Source: Desulfobacterales bacterium
GTDB taxonomy: Bacteria > Desulfobacterota > Desulfobacteria > Desulfobacterales > UBA5616
DNA: 64,000 nucleotides
Reading direction: 5' to 3'
Assembly: GCA_046483495.1 (NCBI GenBank)
Contig: JAWODC010000001.1
Location: 109,161-173,160 of the forward strand
The translations under genes were made by a program, and so were the position numbers. The notes below the pieces were generated by a model. That model was not told where the DNA came from. It saw only the letters and a program-made list of their open reading frames with translations, and made no database searches. Shown here piece by piece: positions 36,567 through 46,728 of this stretch (position 1 is the stretch's first letter; each line of letters begins with the position of its first letter).

Positions 36567-37175
36567 ATGGTACGTGAAATGCGTCATCACATCATATTGG
36601 CTTCGAAATCACCGCGGCGCCGGTACCTGCTGGAACAGGCCGGACTTTCAATCGAGGTGATTCCAGGCTCGTTTGACGAATCGTCAGTCAAATTCTCGAT
36701 ACCTGAAGAATATGTTAAAACACTGGCCGAAGCAAAAGCAACGGATATTGCAAAAAAATATCCTAAAAGCTGGGTGATCGGCGCGGATACGATTGTGATG
36801 ATCAAAAACCGCATGCTGGGAAAGCCGAGGAACATAAAAGAAGCGCGATGTATGCTCCGGGGTTTGAGCGGTCAGGTTCACCAGGTGTTCACGGGATTTT
36901 GTATACGCCGGGAGAGCGATCGACGAATCGTTTCGGATGCCGTCGTCACTGATGTGCTGTTCAAGCACCTGACGGAAGAGGAAATCGAGTGGTACGTTCA
37001 CACCAAAGAACCCTTCGACAAAGCAGGGGCATACGCCATTCAAGGACTGGGATCATTTTTAGTAAAGCGCATCAACGGTTCTTATACCAATGTGGTGGGA
37101 CTGCCTGTGTGCGAAGTCATTGAATGTCTCATTAAACATCATGCAATCGGGATGCGGCAACGGTCAGATGAATAA
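36567..37175 (+). CDS. maf: Maf-family nucleoside triphosphate pyrophosphatase
   Basis: ILASKSPRR, GADTIV, LGKP, DKAGAYAIQG, NVVGLP. Confidence 0.95.
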   Translation: MVREMRHHIILASKSPRRRYLLEQAGLSIEVIPGSFDESSVKFSIPEEYVKTLAEAKATDIAKKYPKSWVIGADTIVMIKNRMLGKPRNIKEARCMLRGLSGQVHQVFTGFCIRRESDRRIVSDAVVTDVLFKHLTEEEIEWYVHTKEPFDKAGAYAIQGLGSFLVKRINGSYTNVVGLPVCEVIECLIKHHAIGMRQRSDE

Positions 37176-37872
37176 AACCTCTTGCGACATTGCTGAAAAC
37201 GTCCGGGCAATTTTGAATACGATGGCCGAGACGGCCTCGAGGTGCGGGCGGGATCCCCGTACGGTTCAGTTGTTGGCGGTTTCAAAGACGGTTTCACCGG
37301 ATAAAATCAGGTCTGCTGCTTCGTCCGGCATCGAGGCCTTCGGGGAGAACTATATTCAGGAAGCCATGAAAAAAATCGAAGCAATCGGCAACTGCGGCAT
37401 TCGGTGGCATTTTATCGGCCGTCTGCAAACGAACAAGGCTAAATACGCAGTGAAATTTTTTGATTTGATCCATTCGGTGGACTCCTTCAAACTGGCATAC
37501 GAACTGGATCGCCAGGCCGGCAAAATCAACAAAATTCAACCGATCCTCATCCAGGTGAACCTTTCGAGCGAAGCCTCGAAGGGCGGAGTGAAAAAAAGCG
37601 ACACCTTGGATCTGGTCCGGCGCACGGCAGAACTGAACCACCTTTCCGTCAAAGGACTGATGACCATACCGCCCTTTTTCAACAACCCCGAAAAGGCGCG
37701 CCCGTTTTTCAAAGCCCTTAGAGCATTGCGTGACGATATACGCCGTCATGCGATTTACGGCGCAGAAATGGGTGTGCTGTCCATGGGAATGAGCGGCGAT
37801 TATACAGCGGCAATCGAAGAAGGCGCCACTCTGGTGCGAATTGGAACATCGATTTTCGGCAAGAGGGCATGA
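37168..37872 (+). CDS. yggS: PLP homeostasis protein (YggS/PROSC)
   Basis: LLAVSKT, FGENYIQE, WHFIGRLQTNK, LSMGMSGDY, VRIGTSIFG; start corrected to ATG 37168. Confidence 0.95.
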   Translation: MNKTSCDIAENVRAILNTMAETASRCGRDPRTVQLLAVSKTVSPDKIRSAASSGIEAFGENYIQEAMKKIEAIGNCGIRWHFIGRLQTNKAKYAVKFFDLIHSVDSFKLAYELDRQAGKINKIQPILIQVNLSSEASKGGVKKSDTLDLVRRTAELNHLSVKGLMTIPPFFNNPEKARPFFKALRALRDDIRRHAIYGAEMGVLSMGMSGDYTAAIEEGATLVRIGTSIFGKRA

Positions 37873-38399
37873 AACTATTGCTTCATACCTGCTGCGCTCC
37901 GTGCAGCATCTATCCCGTGGATGTTCTTCGATCGGACGGTTTCGACGTTATGGGTTTCTTTTACCGGCATAACATCCACCCGTTTTCGGAGTGCCTGAGG
38001 CGGGAAAACGAATTAAGAGCCTATTCGGATCGCATCGGGCTAAAGGTCATCTATGAAAAGCATTATGATCTGGAAGGTTTTCTTAGACGGGCGGCCTTCA
38101 GGGAAGCCCACCGATGCGGGATCTGTTATCATCATCGGCTTGAAACGACAGCCGGACTGGCCAAGCGGGGGAAATTCGACTATTTCTCCTCGACCCTTTT
38201 ATACAGCAAATTCCAGAAGCACGATGCGATCGCCGAAATCGGCGAAACCGTCGGAAAAGCGGTGGGAATTCGGTTTTATTACCGGGATTTCCGTGAGGGT
38301 TGGAAAACAGGCATCGAAGCATCCAAAGCACTGAACATGTACCGACAGCAATACTGCGGGTGCATTTACAGTGAAAAAGAAAGATTCTACCGGCCGTAG
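37869..38399 (+). CDS. queH: Epoxyqueuosine reductase QueH (DUF208)
   Basis: LLHTCCAPC, NIHP, RCGICY, YRQQYCGC. Confidence 0.9.
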   Translation: MKLLLHTCCAPCSIYPVDVLRSDGFDVMGFFYRHNIHPFSECLRRENELRAYSDRIGLKVIYEKHYDLEGFLRRAAFREAHRCGICYHHRLETTAGLAKRGKFDYFSSTLLYSKFQKHDAIAEIGETVGKAVGIRFYYRDFREGWKTGIEASKALNMYRQQYCGCIYSEKERFYRP

Positions 38400-38411
38400 A
38401 AGCACCCTTTT

Positions 38412-40223
38412 ATGTATAAACAATTTATTACGTATATCGTCGTTCTTTTTATTTGTGCGACATACCAGCCCCGGGAACAAACCGTCGTTTCAGTTTCAGA
38501 ATCCTTTCTGCTGATCATACTCCTTATCGCCTTTTTTGCGGTATTGAATCGTTTGACGTTCAACGGCGTGAAACGCCGCGTCAACGAACTGCCCTTCGCC
38601 GGACGGGACCGCCTGTTTGAGAATGCCGTCATGCGCCAGACCATCGCTGCGATTGCGCTGTTCACGGCGGCCTTGTATCTGCTGCGCATTCCGGATGCCC
38701 TGTTCCGGGCGCCGCTTTTCAGGATAATACCCACGCTGGGCACCGTTGTCTGTCTTGCCGTTTTTCTTGCTTTTTTAGCCGTTATGTACGGCACCGCCCA
38801 TAAAGTATATCAAGACATCTACCACCATCGCATTTCCTCCGGAGCTTACATACGGTCCAACCTGGCTTTCTGCATTCCCGTCGTCTTGCCGTGGTTGGCC
38901 TTGTCTTTTTCTTCGGATCTCCTGCGATTGCTTCCTTTCAGGCCCCTCAATGCGTTCTTGGCATCACCGCCCGGCGAGCTGACGTTTTTTATCCTCTTTA
39001 TTTTTTTTATCGCTGCCGTAGGCCCTTTTTTCATTCAGAAAATGTGGCGATGCAAGCCATTGGAGCCCGGAGATCGACGGGAACGCATCCGCGCTCTTTG
39101 CTTATCCGCAGCCGTGGGATACAGGGATGTCGTTTACTGGACACTGTTCGGAGGAAAAATGATCACCGCAGGCGTCATGGGGCTGGTGAAACGATTCCGT
39201 TATATTCTCGTCACCCCGGCGTTGATGTCGCTGCTCGACGATTCGGAATTCGATGCGGTGATGGCTCATGAAATCGGGCATGTAAAGCAAAAACATATGC
39301 TTTTCTATATCCTTCTTTTCGTGGGCTACATCGTATTGTCTTATGTCATCTTTCATGCCGTCTATTACGGCTACGTGTTTGCAAAGGTGTCATTTTTCCC
39401 GGGCGTGAGTGCCGCATCCAAAATATCTCTTCTGTTTAATTCCATATTTATCGTCAGCTTCATCCTGTACTTTCGTTTCATTTTCGGTTTTTTCATGAGA
39501 AATTTCGAGCGGCAGGCCGATACATTCGTATACCGCTTTTTCAACAGCGCCAAACCCCTGATAACATCTCTCGAAAAAATCGCTATAGTCAGCGGCATCC
39601 CAAAAGATAAGCCCAACTGGCATCATTTCAGCCTCAAAGAGCGTATTGATTTTTTGAACCGGTGTGAACAGGATAAGATGCAAATCGTTCGCCACGATAA
39701 AAAAGTGAAGGCCGGTATAGCGATTTATGTCACGGGACTGGCCTTTTTCGGAATGGTGGAACTCGGTTTGAACTTCACCGAAATAGGATTCGCAATAAAT
39801 GACGCGATTCTTCAAAAAGCGATTGTGTCCAAGCTGGAAACATCTCCGAACGATCCGCTCCTCTACGGCGGCTTAGGGGACCTATACCAGTCTCGAGGAG
39901 AAAATGAAAAGGCCGTGCGCGCCTACGAAAAAGCCCTGTCCCTGGACCCGGAATCGCCCCATGTGCTCAATAACCTGGCCTGGCTGCTGGCGACGAGCGA
40001 AGATCCATCGATCAAAAATCCCCAAAAGGCCCTGGTACTGGCCAAAAGGGCAGCATCCCTGGACGCCTCACCCTATATCCTGGACACACTTGCGGAGAGC
40101 TATTTTGCGGTGGGAAAAACGCGGCAGGCCGTCGAAACCATTGAAGCGGCCATCAAACTGGCAACGGAAAACAAATCCCATTACCAAAACCAGCTGCACC
40201 GATTCAAAACGGCAGTGAAGTAA
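38412..40223 (+). CDS. M48-family membrane zinc metalloprotease with C-terminal TPRs
   Basis: Multiple TM helices, AHEIGH, FERQAD, NWHH, TPR-type NNLAWLLA...LDTLAESY. Confidence 0.88.
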   Translation: MYKQFITYIVVLFICATYQPREQTVVSVSESFLLIILLIAFFAVLNRLTFNGVKRRVNELPFAGRDRLFENAVMRQTIAAIALFTAALYLLRIPDALFRAPLFRIIPTLGTVVCLAVFLAFLAVMYGTAHKVYQDIYHHRISSGAYIRSNLAFCIPVVLPWLALSFSSDLLRLLPFRPLNAFLASPPGELTFFILFIFFIAAVGPFFIQKMWRCKPLEPGDRRERIRALCLSAAVGYRDVVYWTLFGGKMITAGVMGLVKRFRYILVTPALMSLLDDSEFDAVMAHEIGHVKQKHMLFYILLFVGYIVLSYVIFHAVYYGYVFAKVSFFPGVSAASKISLLFNSIFIVSFILYFRFIFGFFMRNFERQADTFVYRFFNSAKPLITSLEKIAIVSGIPKDKPNWHHFSLKERIDFLNRCEQDKMQIVRHDKKVKAGIAIYVTGLAFFGMVELGLNFTEIGFAINDAILQKAIVSKLETSPNDPLLYGGLGDLYQSRGENEKAVRAYEKALSLDPESPHVLNNLAWLLATSEDPSIKNPQKALVLAKRAASLDASPYILDTLAESYFAVGKTRQAVETIEAAIKLATENKSHYQNQLHRFKTAVK

Positions 40224-40286
40224 TGGACAATTTGCAACGGATGAAAACACGGCCGGACTAAACGATGAAGTCAGAGCCGGCGAATA

Positions 40287-42593
40287 CTACTTTATCGTGA
40301 CCTTCCTCACCTGAATCAAATCGCAAAAGCCGCCGAAAACCTTTGCAATACCGTCCTGCTTCAGGGTCGTCATGCCGTCCTCCACGGCCTGGGCTCGTAT
40401 ATCATCCATTCGTGCTTTTACCTGAATCAGTTTTTTCATATCGTCGGTCCCCATCAGCAGTTCATGCAGTGCCATGCGACCGCGGTAACCGGTATTATTG
40501 CAGGTGTCGCATCCTTTTGGCTTGTAAAGGGTCAGAGAATCATCATATGGGATGTTCAGGTTCCGCTCGAAAGATTCCTTGCCGTACTCCCGAACCAGTT
40601 CATCGTATTCTTCTTTTGTCGGGTGATAGGCCTTCTTGCAGTCCTTGCAGAGTGTCAGCACCAACCGCTGTGCAAGAATGCACAGGATGGCATCGGCGAA
40701 ATTGAACGGATCCATTCCCATATCCAGCAGGCGGGTAATGCTTTCCGGTGCGCTGTTGGTGTGAAGCGTTGAAAAAACCAGATGCCCCGTTAATGACGCT
40801 TCGATGCCGATATGCGTGGTTTCCTTGTCACGCATCTCACCCACCATAATAACATCCGGATCCGCCCTCAAAAAAGCCCGCATCGCAGCTGCGAAATCGA
40901 AACCGATCTTCGGCTTCACCTGGACCTGGCGAAGCCCTTTCTGGGTGATTTCAACAGGGTCTTCCGCCGTCCAGATCTTCCTTTCTGTTTTATTGATATT
41001 CCTCAAGGCGGAATGCAGGGTCGTTGTCTTTCCCGAACCGGTGGGTCCGCACACGAAAATAATGCCGTAGGGTTTTGTGATGACGCTTAAAAAATTTTTG
41101 AAATTCTGCTCTGAAAAAGCCATTTCTTCCAGCGGGATGGGTTCCCCCGAATGAAGGATTCGCATGACCACATCCTCCATCCCCCCCTGGGTGGGCACGG
41201 TTGCAACGCGGAGTTCGACGTCCCTGCCGCTGAATTTTTTAAATTTTATTTTGCCGTCCTGCGGTTTTCGCCGCTCGGCAATGTCCAGATCGGACATGAT
41301 CTTGATTCGGGATACAACGGCGTTTTTATAACTGTACGGTATGGTCTGATAGACGTGGCAGTTCCCGTCGACCCGAATTCGAACCTGGGTCGGCTCCTTC
41401 CCCGGATAGGGCTCGATATGGATATCGGATGCACCGCGTTCGTAGGCATCGAGAATAATTTTGTTCACCAGCTGAACAACGGCGCTGTCCTCCTCGCCGA
41501 CCGTATGCTCAGCCTCTTCGATCTCCTCGGCTTCCTGTCTCAACTGGGAAATAATGTCATCGATGGCCGCCATTTCTTTTTCATCCTGAGAAAACATGTT
41601 GATGTAATCCAGGATGTCATGCTTGGTGGCAACACAGAATTTCAGGGGCCTTCCGGGAAACATGGCCTTGACGTCGTCGACTTTTCTTATGTCATAGGGG
41701 TTGTCAATCGCAATGACGACCTTGTCCTCCTCCATGCAAATCGGCACCCAGTAATTTTTGCGCATGAAGGGAACCTTCAGACCGATGAGCAGCTCGCCCG
41801 GAATCGGCACGTTGGCATTGAAGCTGACAAAGGGAATTCGATAGTATTTGCTTAAGGAACGCCCGATGTCTTTCTTGGATATTTTCAGTTCATCGATCAG
41901 GATATCTTCAACCTCGATTCTTCGCTGGCGGGCATCCGCTATGGCCTTATCCAGTTCCTTTTGGGTGATGATATGATTTTCGAGCAGGTAACTGAACTTG
42001 TGCACGCGCGTCTTTTCCAATCTCTGCTGGTTGAACAGCGCGATTCCCAGGATATCAGCGAGCTCTTTTGCCGCAAATTCATCATCTTCGGTAAAAACGC
42101 TCCCATCCGGACGATTCAAGAACTGAATGGCTCCCATCAGTTTATTTTTGAATACAATCGGGCAGGCGAGCACCTGCTTCGTGGTAAACCCCGTTTTTTG
42201 GTCCCATCGTTTGTCAAAAGTCAAGAGGGGATCGATCGCATAGAGTTCCCGATCATCATATACGTCTTGGACATTCAATATTTTCTGGTTAAAGGCGGAA
42301 TACCCGGCAATGCTGTTTGCTGACACGCGTATATGTCCCATCAGCATATCATCCCCGGATTTCACCTTCGATACCAACTCTTCTTTTTCAGGATCACAAA
42401 TATAGATGGTTACGCGTTCGGCATTGAAGAAGGAAGTGAGGTCCCCTTGTAAACCGATGAGTATCTCGTCTAAGTTGGAGGCCCCGTTTATCTTGTTTCC
42501 AATTTCCTGAAGCCTTGTTCGGTAAATGACCTCGGATTCCAAATCCTGAAAGCGATGAGGTGCCGTTTTGGTATGAATCATGTCAGCTACCAC
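40287..42593 (-). CDS. GAF-domain-containing PilB/GspE-family ATPase
   Basis: N-terminal GAF (SIAGY...FDKRWDQKTGF...ACPI), ASDIHIEP, GPTGSGKTT, LRADPDVIMVGEMRD, TGHLVFSTLH, CKDC...CDTC; start may be 42581. Confidence 0.92.
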   Translation of the reverse strand: MVADMIHTKTAPHRFQDLESEVIYRTRLQEIGNKINGASNLDEILIGLQGDLTSFFNAERVTIYICDPEKEELVSKVKSGDDMLMGHIRVSANSIAGYSAFNQKILNVQDVYDDRELYAIDPLLTFDKRWDQKTGFTTKQVLACPIVFKNKLMGAIQFLNRPDGSVFTEDDEFAAKELADILGIALFNQQRLEKTRVHKFSYLLENHIITQKELDKAIADARQRRIEVEDILIDELKISKKDIGRSLSKYYRIPFVSFNANVPIPGELLIGLKVPFMRKNYWVPICMEEDKVVIAIDNPYDIRKVDDVKAMFPGRPLKFCVATKHDILDYINMFSQDEKEMAAIDDIISQLRQEAEEIEEAEHTVGEEDSAVVQLVNKIILDAYERGASDIHIEPYPGKEPTQVRIRVDGNCHVYQTIPYSYKNAVVSRIKIMSDLDIAERRKPQDGKIKFKKFSGRDVELRVATVPTQGGMEDVVMRILHSGEPIPLEEMAFSEQNFKNFLSVITKPYGIIFVCGPTGSGKTTTLHSALRNINKTERKIWTAEDPVEITQKGLRQVQVKPKIGFDFAAAMRAFLRADPDVIMVGEMRDKETTHIGIEASLTGHLVFSTLHTNSAPESITRLLDMGMDPFNFADAILCILAQRLVLTLCKDCKKAYHPTKEEYDELVREYGKESFERNLNIPYDDSLTLYKPKGCDTCNNTGYRGRMALHELLMGTDDMKKLIQVKARMDDIRAQAVEDGMTTLKQDGIAKVFGGFCDLIQVRKVTIK

Positions 42594-42612
42594 TTGGATA
42601 TTATTTTCGGAT

Positions 42613-42858
42613 TCAATTTTCGTCTTTCGGCGGTCGCCCTTCCGGCCTGTAATAGGCGATTATTTTCATTCCACCACCGACAACAAGAAAAACACCCATC
42701 ATGTACAGAGAAAACTTAATGTATGGCAGGATCCTGGAATAATGCCGGATCTGTTCTATCTTAGGCATTACTTCGGGAATCCTGAAAAACACCATAATGC
42801 CGACGATAACCAGAGCCCACCCCCATATCAGTTGAACTGTCGATTTTTGGCGTCCCAT
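42613..42858 (-). CDS. Small two-helix membrane protein, hypothetical
   Basis: Two hydrophobic segments (QLIWGWALVIVGIMVFF; FSLYMMGVFLVVGGG) directly upstream of the PilB-like gene; start set to ATG 42858. Confidence 0.65.
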   Translation of the reverse strand: MGRQKSTVQLIWGWALVIVGIMVFFRIPEVMPKIEQIRHYSRILPYIKFSLYMMGVFLVVGGGMKIIAYYRPEGRPPKDEN

Positions 42859-43000
42859 AGAGGTGTTGTTTATATGTTGCCCTATCGAAAAGACTCGGGT
42901 TGAAGGCGACTCCCGGCACTCTGCTTTAAACCGGAGCCGAACGGCCATGCAGCTTATTTGCGCACCGCACCGGAACCGGCCGAACGTTTTAATTTTTTGA

Positions 43001-43028
43001 ATTATACCAAAATCTTCTTAATTGTCAA
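43001..43028 (-). promoter_or_regulatory. Consensus sigma70 promoter
   Basis: Minus strand TTGACA-16 bp-TATAAT with TG extended -10. Confidence 0.75.
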
Positions 43029-43115
43029 TTGCTTAAAGTTTCATCCTTATTGCCCGGTCACCCCCGGCTCATTTTCCCTTTTTATCTGCGGTACGGCTAT
43101 CCCTTTTCGAGGTTT

Positions 43116-43829
43116 TTATCCTCCCAGATAAATCTCTTTTATTCTGGGATTGTCCAACATCTCTTTTGGGAGGCCTTCCATCACCACACTGCCCCCCTCC
43201 AGCACATAAGCGTAATCGGCCGCCTTTAAAGCGGCTTTTGCATTTTGCTCCACCAGCAAAATCGTAACACCGTCCTTGTTGAGACCGGTAATTACGTTGA
43301 ATAATTCGCGGACGATCAGAGGAGCGATTCCCATGGAGGGCTCGTCCAGCAGCATCATCCGGGGGTGTGCCATTAGAGCCCTTGCGATGGCCAGCATTTG
43401 CTGCTCCCCTCCGGAGAGCGTGCCCGCAATCTGCCCGGACCGTTTTTCCAATATCGGAAACAGCCGGTATGCGTGGTTCATCCGTTCCGCAATCAGACGG
43501 CGGTTTTTGCGCGTGTAGCAGTGATATGCTCCCAGCCGTAAATTATCTTCGACACTGAGATGGGCAAAAAGCTGTCGGCCTTCAGGCACATGGGAAAGGC
43601 CCCGTTTTACGATACGATCCGCCTGCAGTTGTGAAATGTGAGCACCGTTGAACGTAATATTGCCTGTTTTATGCCGCATCAGTCCGGATATGGATTTTAA
43701 CAGCGTGGTTTTACCGGCCCCGTTTGCACCGATAATCGATACCACCTTTCCCCGGGGCACACGAATCGATATGTCGGATAATGCCCGAATACCGCCGTAA
43801 TACGCATTCAGCCCCTCGATGCTAAGCAT
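43116..43829 (-). CDS. livF: Branched-chain amino acid-type ABC transporter ATPase (LivF-like)
   Basis: GANGAGKTT, VPEGR, LSGGEQQML, LDEPS, LLVEQN. Confidence 0.92.
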   Translation of the reverse strand: MLSIEGLNAYYGGIRALSDISIRVPRGKVVSIIGANGAGKTTLLKSISGLMRHKTGNITFNGAHISQLQADRIVKRGLSHVPEGRQLFAHLSVEDNLRLGAYHCYTRKNRRLIAERMNHAYRLFPILEKRSGQIAGTLSGGEQQMLAIARALMAHPRMMLLDEPSMGIAPLIVRELFNVITGLNKDGVTILLVEQNAKAALKAADYAYVLEGGSVVMEGLPKEMLDNPRIKEIYLGG

Positions 43830-44610
43830 ATGGCGCCTCATCCCCAAGATAGGCCTCGATCACGCTCGGATCGGACCTGATTTCATCGGGTGTGCCCTGT
43901 GCGATCTTCCGGCCGTAATTCAATACCATGATTTCGTCCGATATATCCATAATGACCTTCATGTCATGCTCGACCAAAAGGATGGTCACACCGGTTTCCT
44001 TGATAGCTTTGATAAGAGAAGACGCCAAATGCGATTCGGTTTCATTCAGGCCGGCTGCAGGTTCGTCCAAACAGATCAATTCGGGATTCCCCGCCAGGGC
44101 CCTGCCGATTTCCAGGACTTTTTGCTCCCCCAAGGGCAGGTTTTCAGCCTTTATGTTGTGTTTGGCCGACAATCCGATAAACCGGAGTATCTCTTCCGCC
44201 CTTTTGGAATAGGCGTTTTCCTTTTTTTGAGACCATGGTGTTTTCAGCCCGGATATCAAAATCGGCGGCCTGTTTTTTGCGTGAAATCCGACCATGATAT
44301 TCTCGAGCGCCGTCATGCCGCTGAAGATCTCGACGGTTTGAAACGTCCTGGATATGCCCATCCGTGCTATTTCATGGGTCTTGAGACGGCTTATGGGGCT
44401 GCCGTTGAACAAAACGGATCCCTCCGAAGGTTTCAAAAAGCCGGTAATGACATTGAACAAGGTGGTCTTGCCCGCGCCGTTAGGCCCGATGATTGCGGTT
44501 ATCGTTCCCCGTTTGACATTAAAGTCAGGCTTGTATAGTGCCATAAGACCGCCGAATGCCATCACCAGCCCATTCAGCTCCAAAACATGATCTTCCATGG
44601 TGCGATCCAT
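43822..44610 (-). CDS. livG: Branched-chain amino acid-type ABC transporter ATPase (LivG-like)
   Basis: GPNGAGKTT, RTFQ, LDEPAAG, VEHDM, EAYLG. Confidence 0.92.
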   Translation of the reverse strand: MDRTMEDHVLELNGLVMAFGGLMALYKPDFNVKRGTITAIIGPNGAGKTTLFNVITGFLKPSEGSVLFNGSPISRLKTHEIARMGISRTFQTVEIFSGMTALENIMVGFHAKNRPPILISGLKTPWSQKKENAYSKRAEEILRFIGLSAKHNIKAENLPLGEQKVLEIGRALAGNPELICLDEPAAGLNETESHLASSLIKAIKETGVTILLVEHDMKVIMDISDEIMVLNYGRKIAQGTPDEIRSDPSVIEAYLGDEAPYA

Positions 44611-44611
44611 T

Positions 44612-45571
44612 CTACGAAGAAGCTTTAATCCGGCTTCTGATTAGATCCGGAATGCCTGCCAGCCCTTGCGGCAAAAAGATGGTCGTCAACAAAAGAATGA
44701 CACCGTACGCGAGCACCTCCAGCTCTTCAAAATAATGAAGCCACTCGTAACTTAAAAAGGTTATGATCAAAGCCCCGATAACGGCTCCCCAAATATAATA
44801 CATGCCGCCCAACGAAATCATGATCACGAGTTTGATGCCGAAAAAAATATCGAATGAAGAAGGATTGACGAAGTTTAAGTAATGGGCGTAAAGACTGCCC
44901 GCCAAAGACGCCAGAACGGCGCTGTAAGCGAATACGGCGATTTTGCAGCCGGAAACGTTTACTCCCATTGCCATTGCAGCGGCCTCACTGCTGTGGATCG
45001 CCCTGAGGGCGCGTCCCGTATCGGATTCGATTATGTTTACGGTCACGACAAACAGGATCAGAACCGTTGCCCATACAAAATAATAATACCGCTCCACCGT
45101 ATCCAGAGGAAATCCGAATATGGATATGCCGGGAATGCCCGTCATGCCGTCCGGTCCGCCGGTCCATTCGGCCTCCTCATTGAAGATGATGAAAACGATA
45201 ATGCCGAAAGCCAATGTGGCCATTGCCAGATAATGCCCCTTGAGCCGCAATGACGGTGCACCCACGAAAAAGGCGACGGCCGCGGTCAGGATGCACCCGA
45301 TCATCATACACAACCATGGATTGAGCCCAAAACGCACCGTCAGAATGGCCGAAGCATAGGCACCCATTCCGAAAAATGCCGCATGCCCCAGAGAAATTTG
45401 ACCCGCGTACCCCATAAGAAGGCTGAGACCGATGGTAATCACGCAGTAAATCCCCCCGAACACCATGATGTCCGGATAATGGTCGATCGCCGGAATATAT
45501 TCGGCGACAACGGGAAATAGGGCGATTGCGGCGAAAAACGCCAGGATGGGAAATTTTCCGATTCTCAACAT
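44612..45571 (-). CDS. livM: ABC transporter permease (LivM-like)
   Basis: GYAGQISLGHAAFFGMGAY, YLAMATLAF, TGGPDG, GRALRAI. Confidence 0.92.
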   Translation of the reverse strand: MLRIGKFPILAFFAAIALFPVVAEYIPAIDHYPDIMVFGGIYCVITIGLSLLMGYAGQISLGHAAFFGMGAYASAILTVRFGLNPWLCMMIGCILTAAVAFFVGAPSLRLKGHYLAMATLAFGIIVFIIFNEEAEWTGGPDGMTGIPGISIFGFPLDTVERYYYFVWATVLILFVVTVNIIESDTGRALRAIHSSEAAAMAMGVNVSGCKIAVFAYSAVLASLAGSLYAHYLNFVNPSSFDIFFGIKLVIMISLGGMYYIWGAVIGALIITFLSYEWLHYFEELEVLAYGVILLLTTIFLPQGLAGIPDLIRSRIKASS

Positions 45572-45574
45572 CGA

Positions 45575-46477
45575 TCAAAACCTTTTAATTTTACTGACTT
45601 CAATGTTCCCCAACAATCCGCTCGGCCTGAAAAACAGCACCCCCAAAAGTACGATGAGTGCAAAGGCATCCTTGTATCCCGAAGACAGCAGGCCCGCACC
45701 GAACGATTCGATGATTCCCAAAATCAATCCGCCGATAATCGCACCGGGGAAACTGCCTAATCCCCCCAGAATCACGGCACCGAATCCCTTGACGGCGAGC
45801 ATGGCGCCGCGGTCGTATTCCATAAACGATATCGGCGTGATAATGATGCCGGCAACGGCACCGATGGCAGCGGACAACGCAAATGACAACAGCACCATTT
45901 TATTGACGTTGATGCCGACAAGCCTTGCGGCCCCGGCATTGTCCGAACATGCTCTCATGGCCTTTCCGGTTATGGATCGTTCGAAAAAAAGGCTCAGTCC
46001 GAGTACGATCAGGAGCAAGAAACCGACAACCCACAGGTATTGGGGTTGAATGACGGCACCAAAAAACTGAATCGGGGTTCGGCCGGAAAAGGCGGGGAGA
46101 TCATACGGGTCCTTTCCCCAAAAGTACATGGCAAGGCCTCTGATGATAAACGACGCCGCAAGCGTGGTAATGATCAGCGTCAACACGGAAGGCTGCCGGA
46201 TGGGGCGAATCGCCAGGCGATCCACTAGAATTCCCACCATCGTTACGATACATACCGTCCCGATAAAAGCGATAATTAATGGCAGGTGCAACGCAACATG
46301 GAGGCCGACCATTGTCAGGCCGCCCAATACGACGAATTCACCCTGAGCGAAATTGATGATTTCGGTCACATCATAAATAATATTGAAGCCGATGGCGACC
46401 ATGGCATAAATGCTGCCGACGGTGATGCCGGTAATGAGATACTGAAACAGCTGTCCTGCAATTGTAATCTGATCCAT
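45575..46477 (-). CDS. livH: ABC transporter permease (LivH-like)
   Basis: GSIYAMVAIG, NFAQGE, GKAMRA, LGGLGS; start corrected to ATG 46477. Confidence 0.92.
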   Translation of the reverse strand: MDQITIAGQLFQYLITGITVGSIYAMVAIGFNIIYDVTEIINFAQGEFVVLGGLTMVGLHVALHLPLIIAFIGTVCIVTMVGILVDRLAIRPIRQPSVLTLIITTLAASFIIRGLAMYFWGKDPYDLPAFSGRTPIQFFGAVIQPQYLWVVGFLLLIVLGLSLFFERSITGKAMRACSDNAGAARLVGINVNKMVLLSFALSAAIGAVAGIIITPISFMEYDRGAMLAVKGFGAVILGGLGSFPGAIIGGLILGIIESFGAGLLSSGYKDAFALIVLLGVLFFRPSGLLGNIEVSKIKRF

Positions 46478-46728
46478 TTTCGGCGTTGCCCGATTTTTGT
46501 GTTCCGGCCGGTATACCGGAGACCTCGATGGTAAACAACGATTAAAAAAATGAGGGCGGTGCCCGGCACTCACCCTCGAGGATCGGCGTATCGACAAATC
46601 CGGACAATTTTTCCACAGCCGCCAAGCTGTGCGCCGGTTAAGCGCCGCAAGATCCGTTTATCGCAGCCGTTATTTTCGGCGAACGTCGCTTTTTTGCAAG
46701 CACCTGGATGTGATGAACCGCTGCCGTG

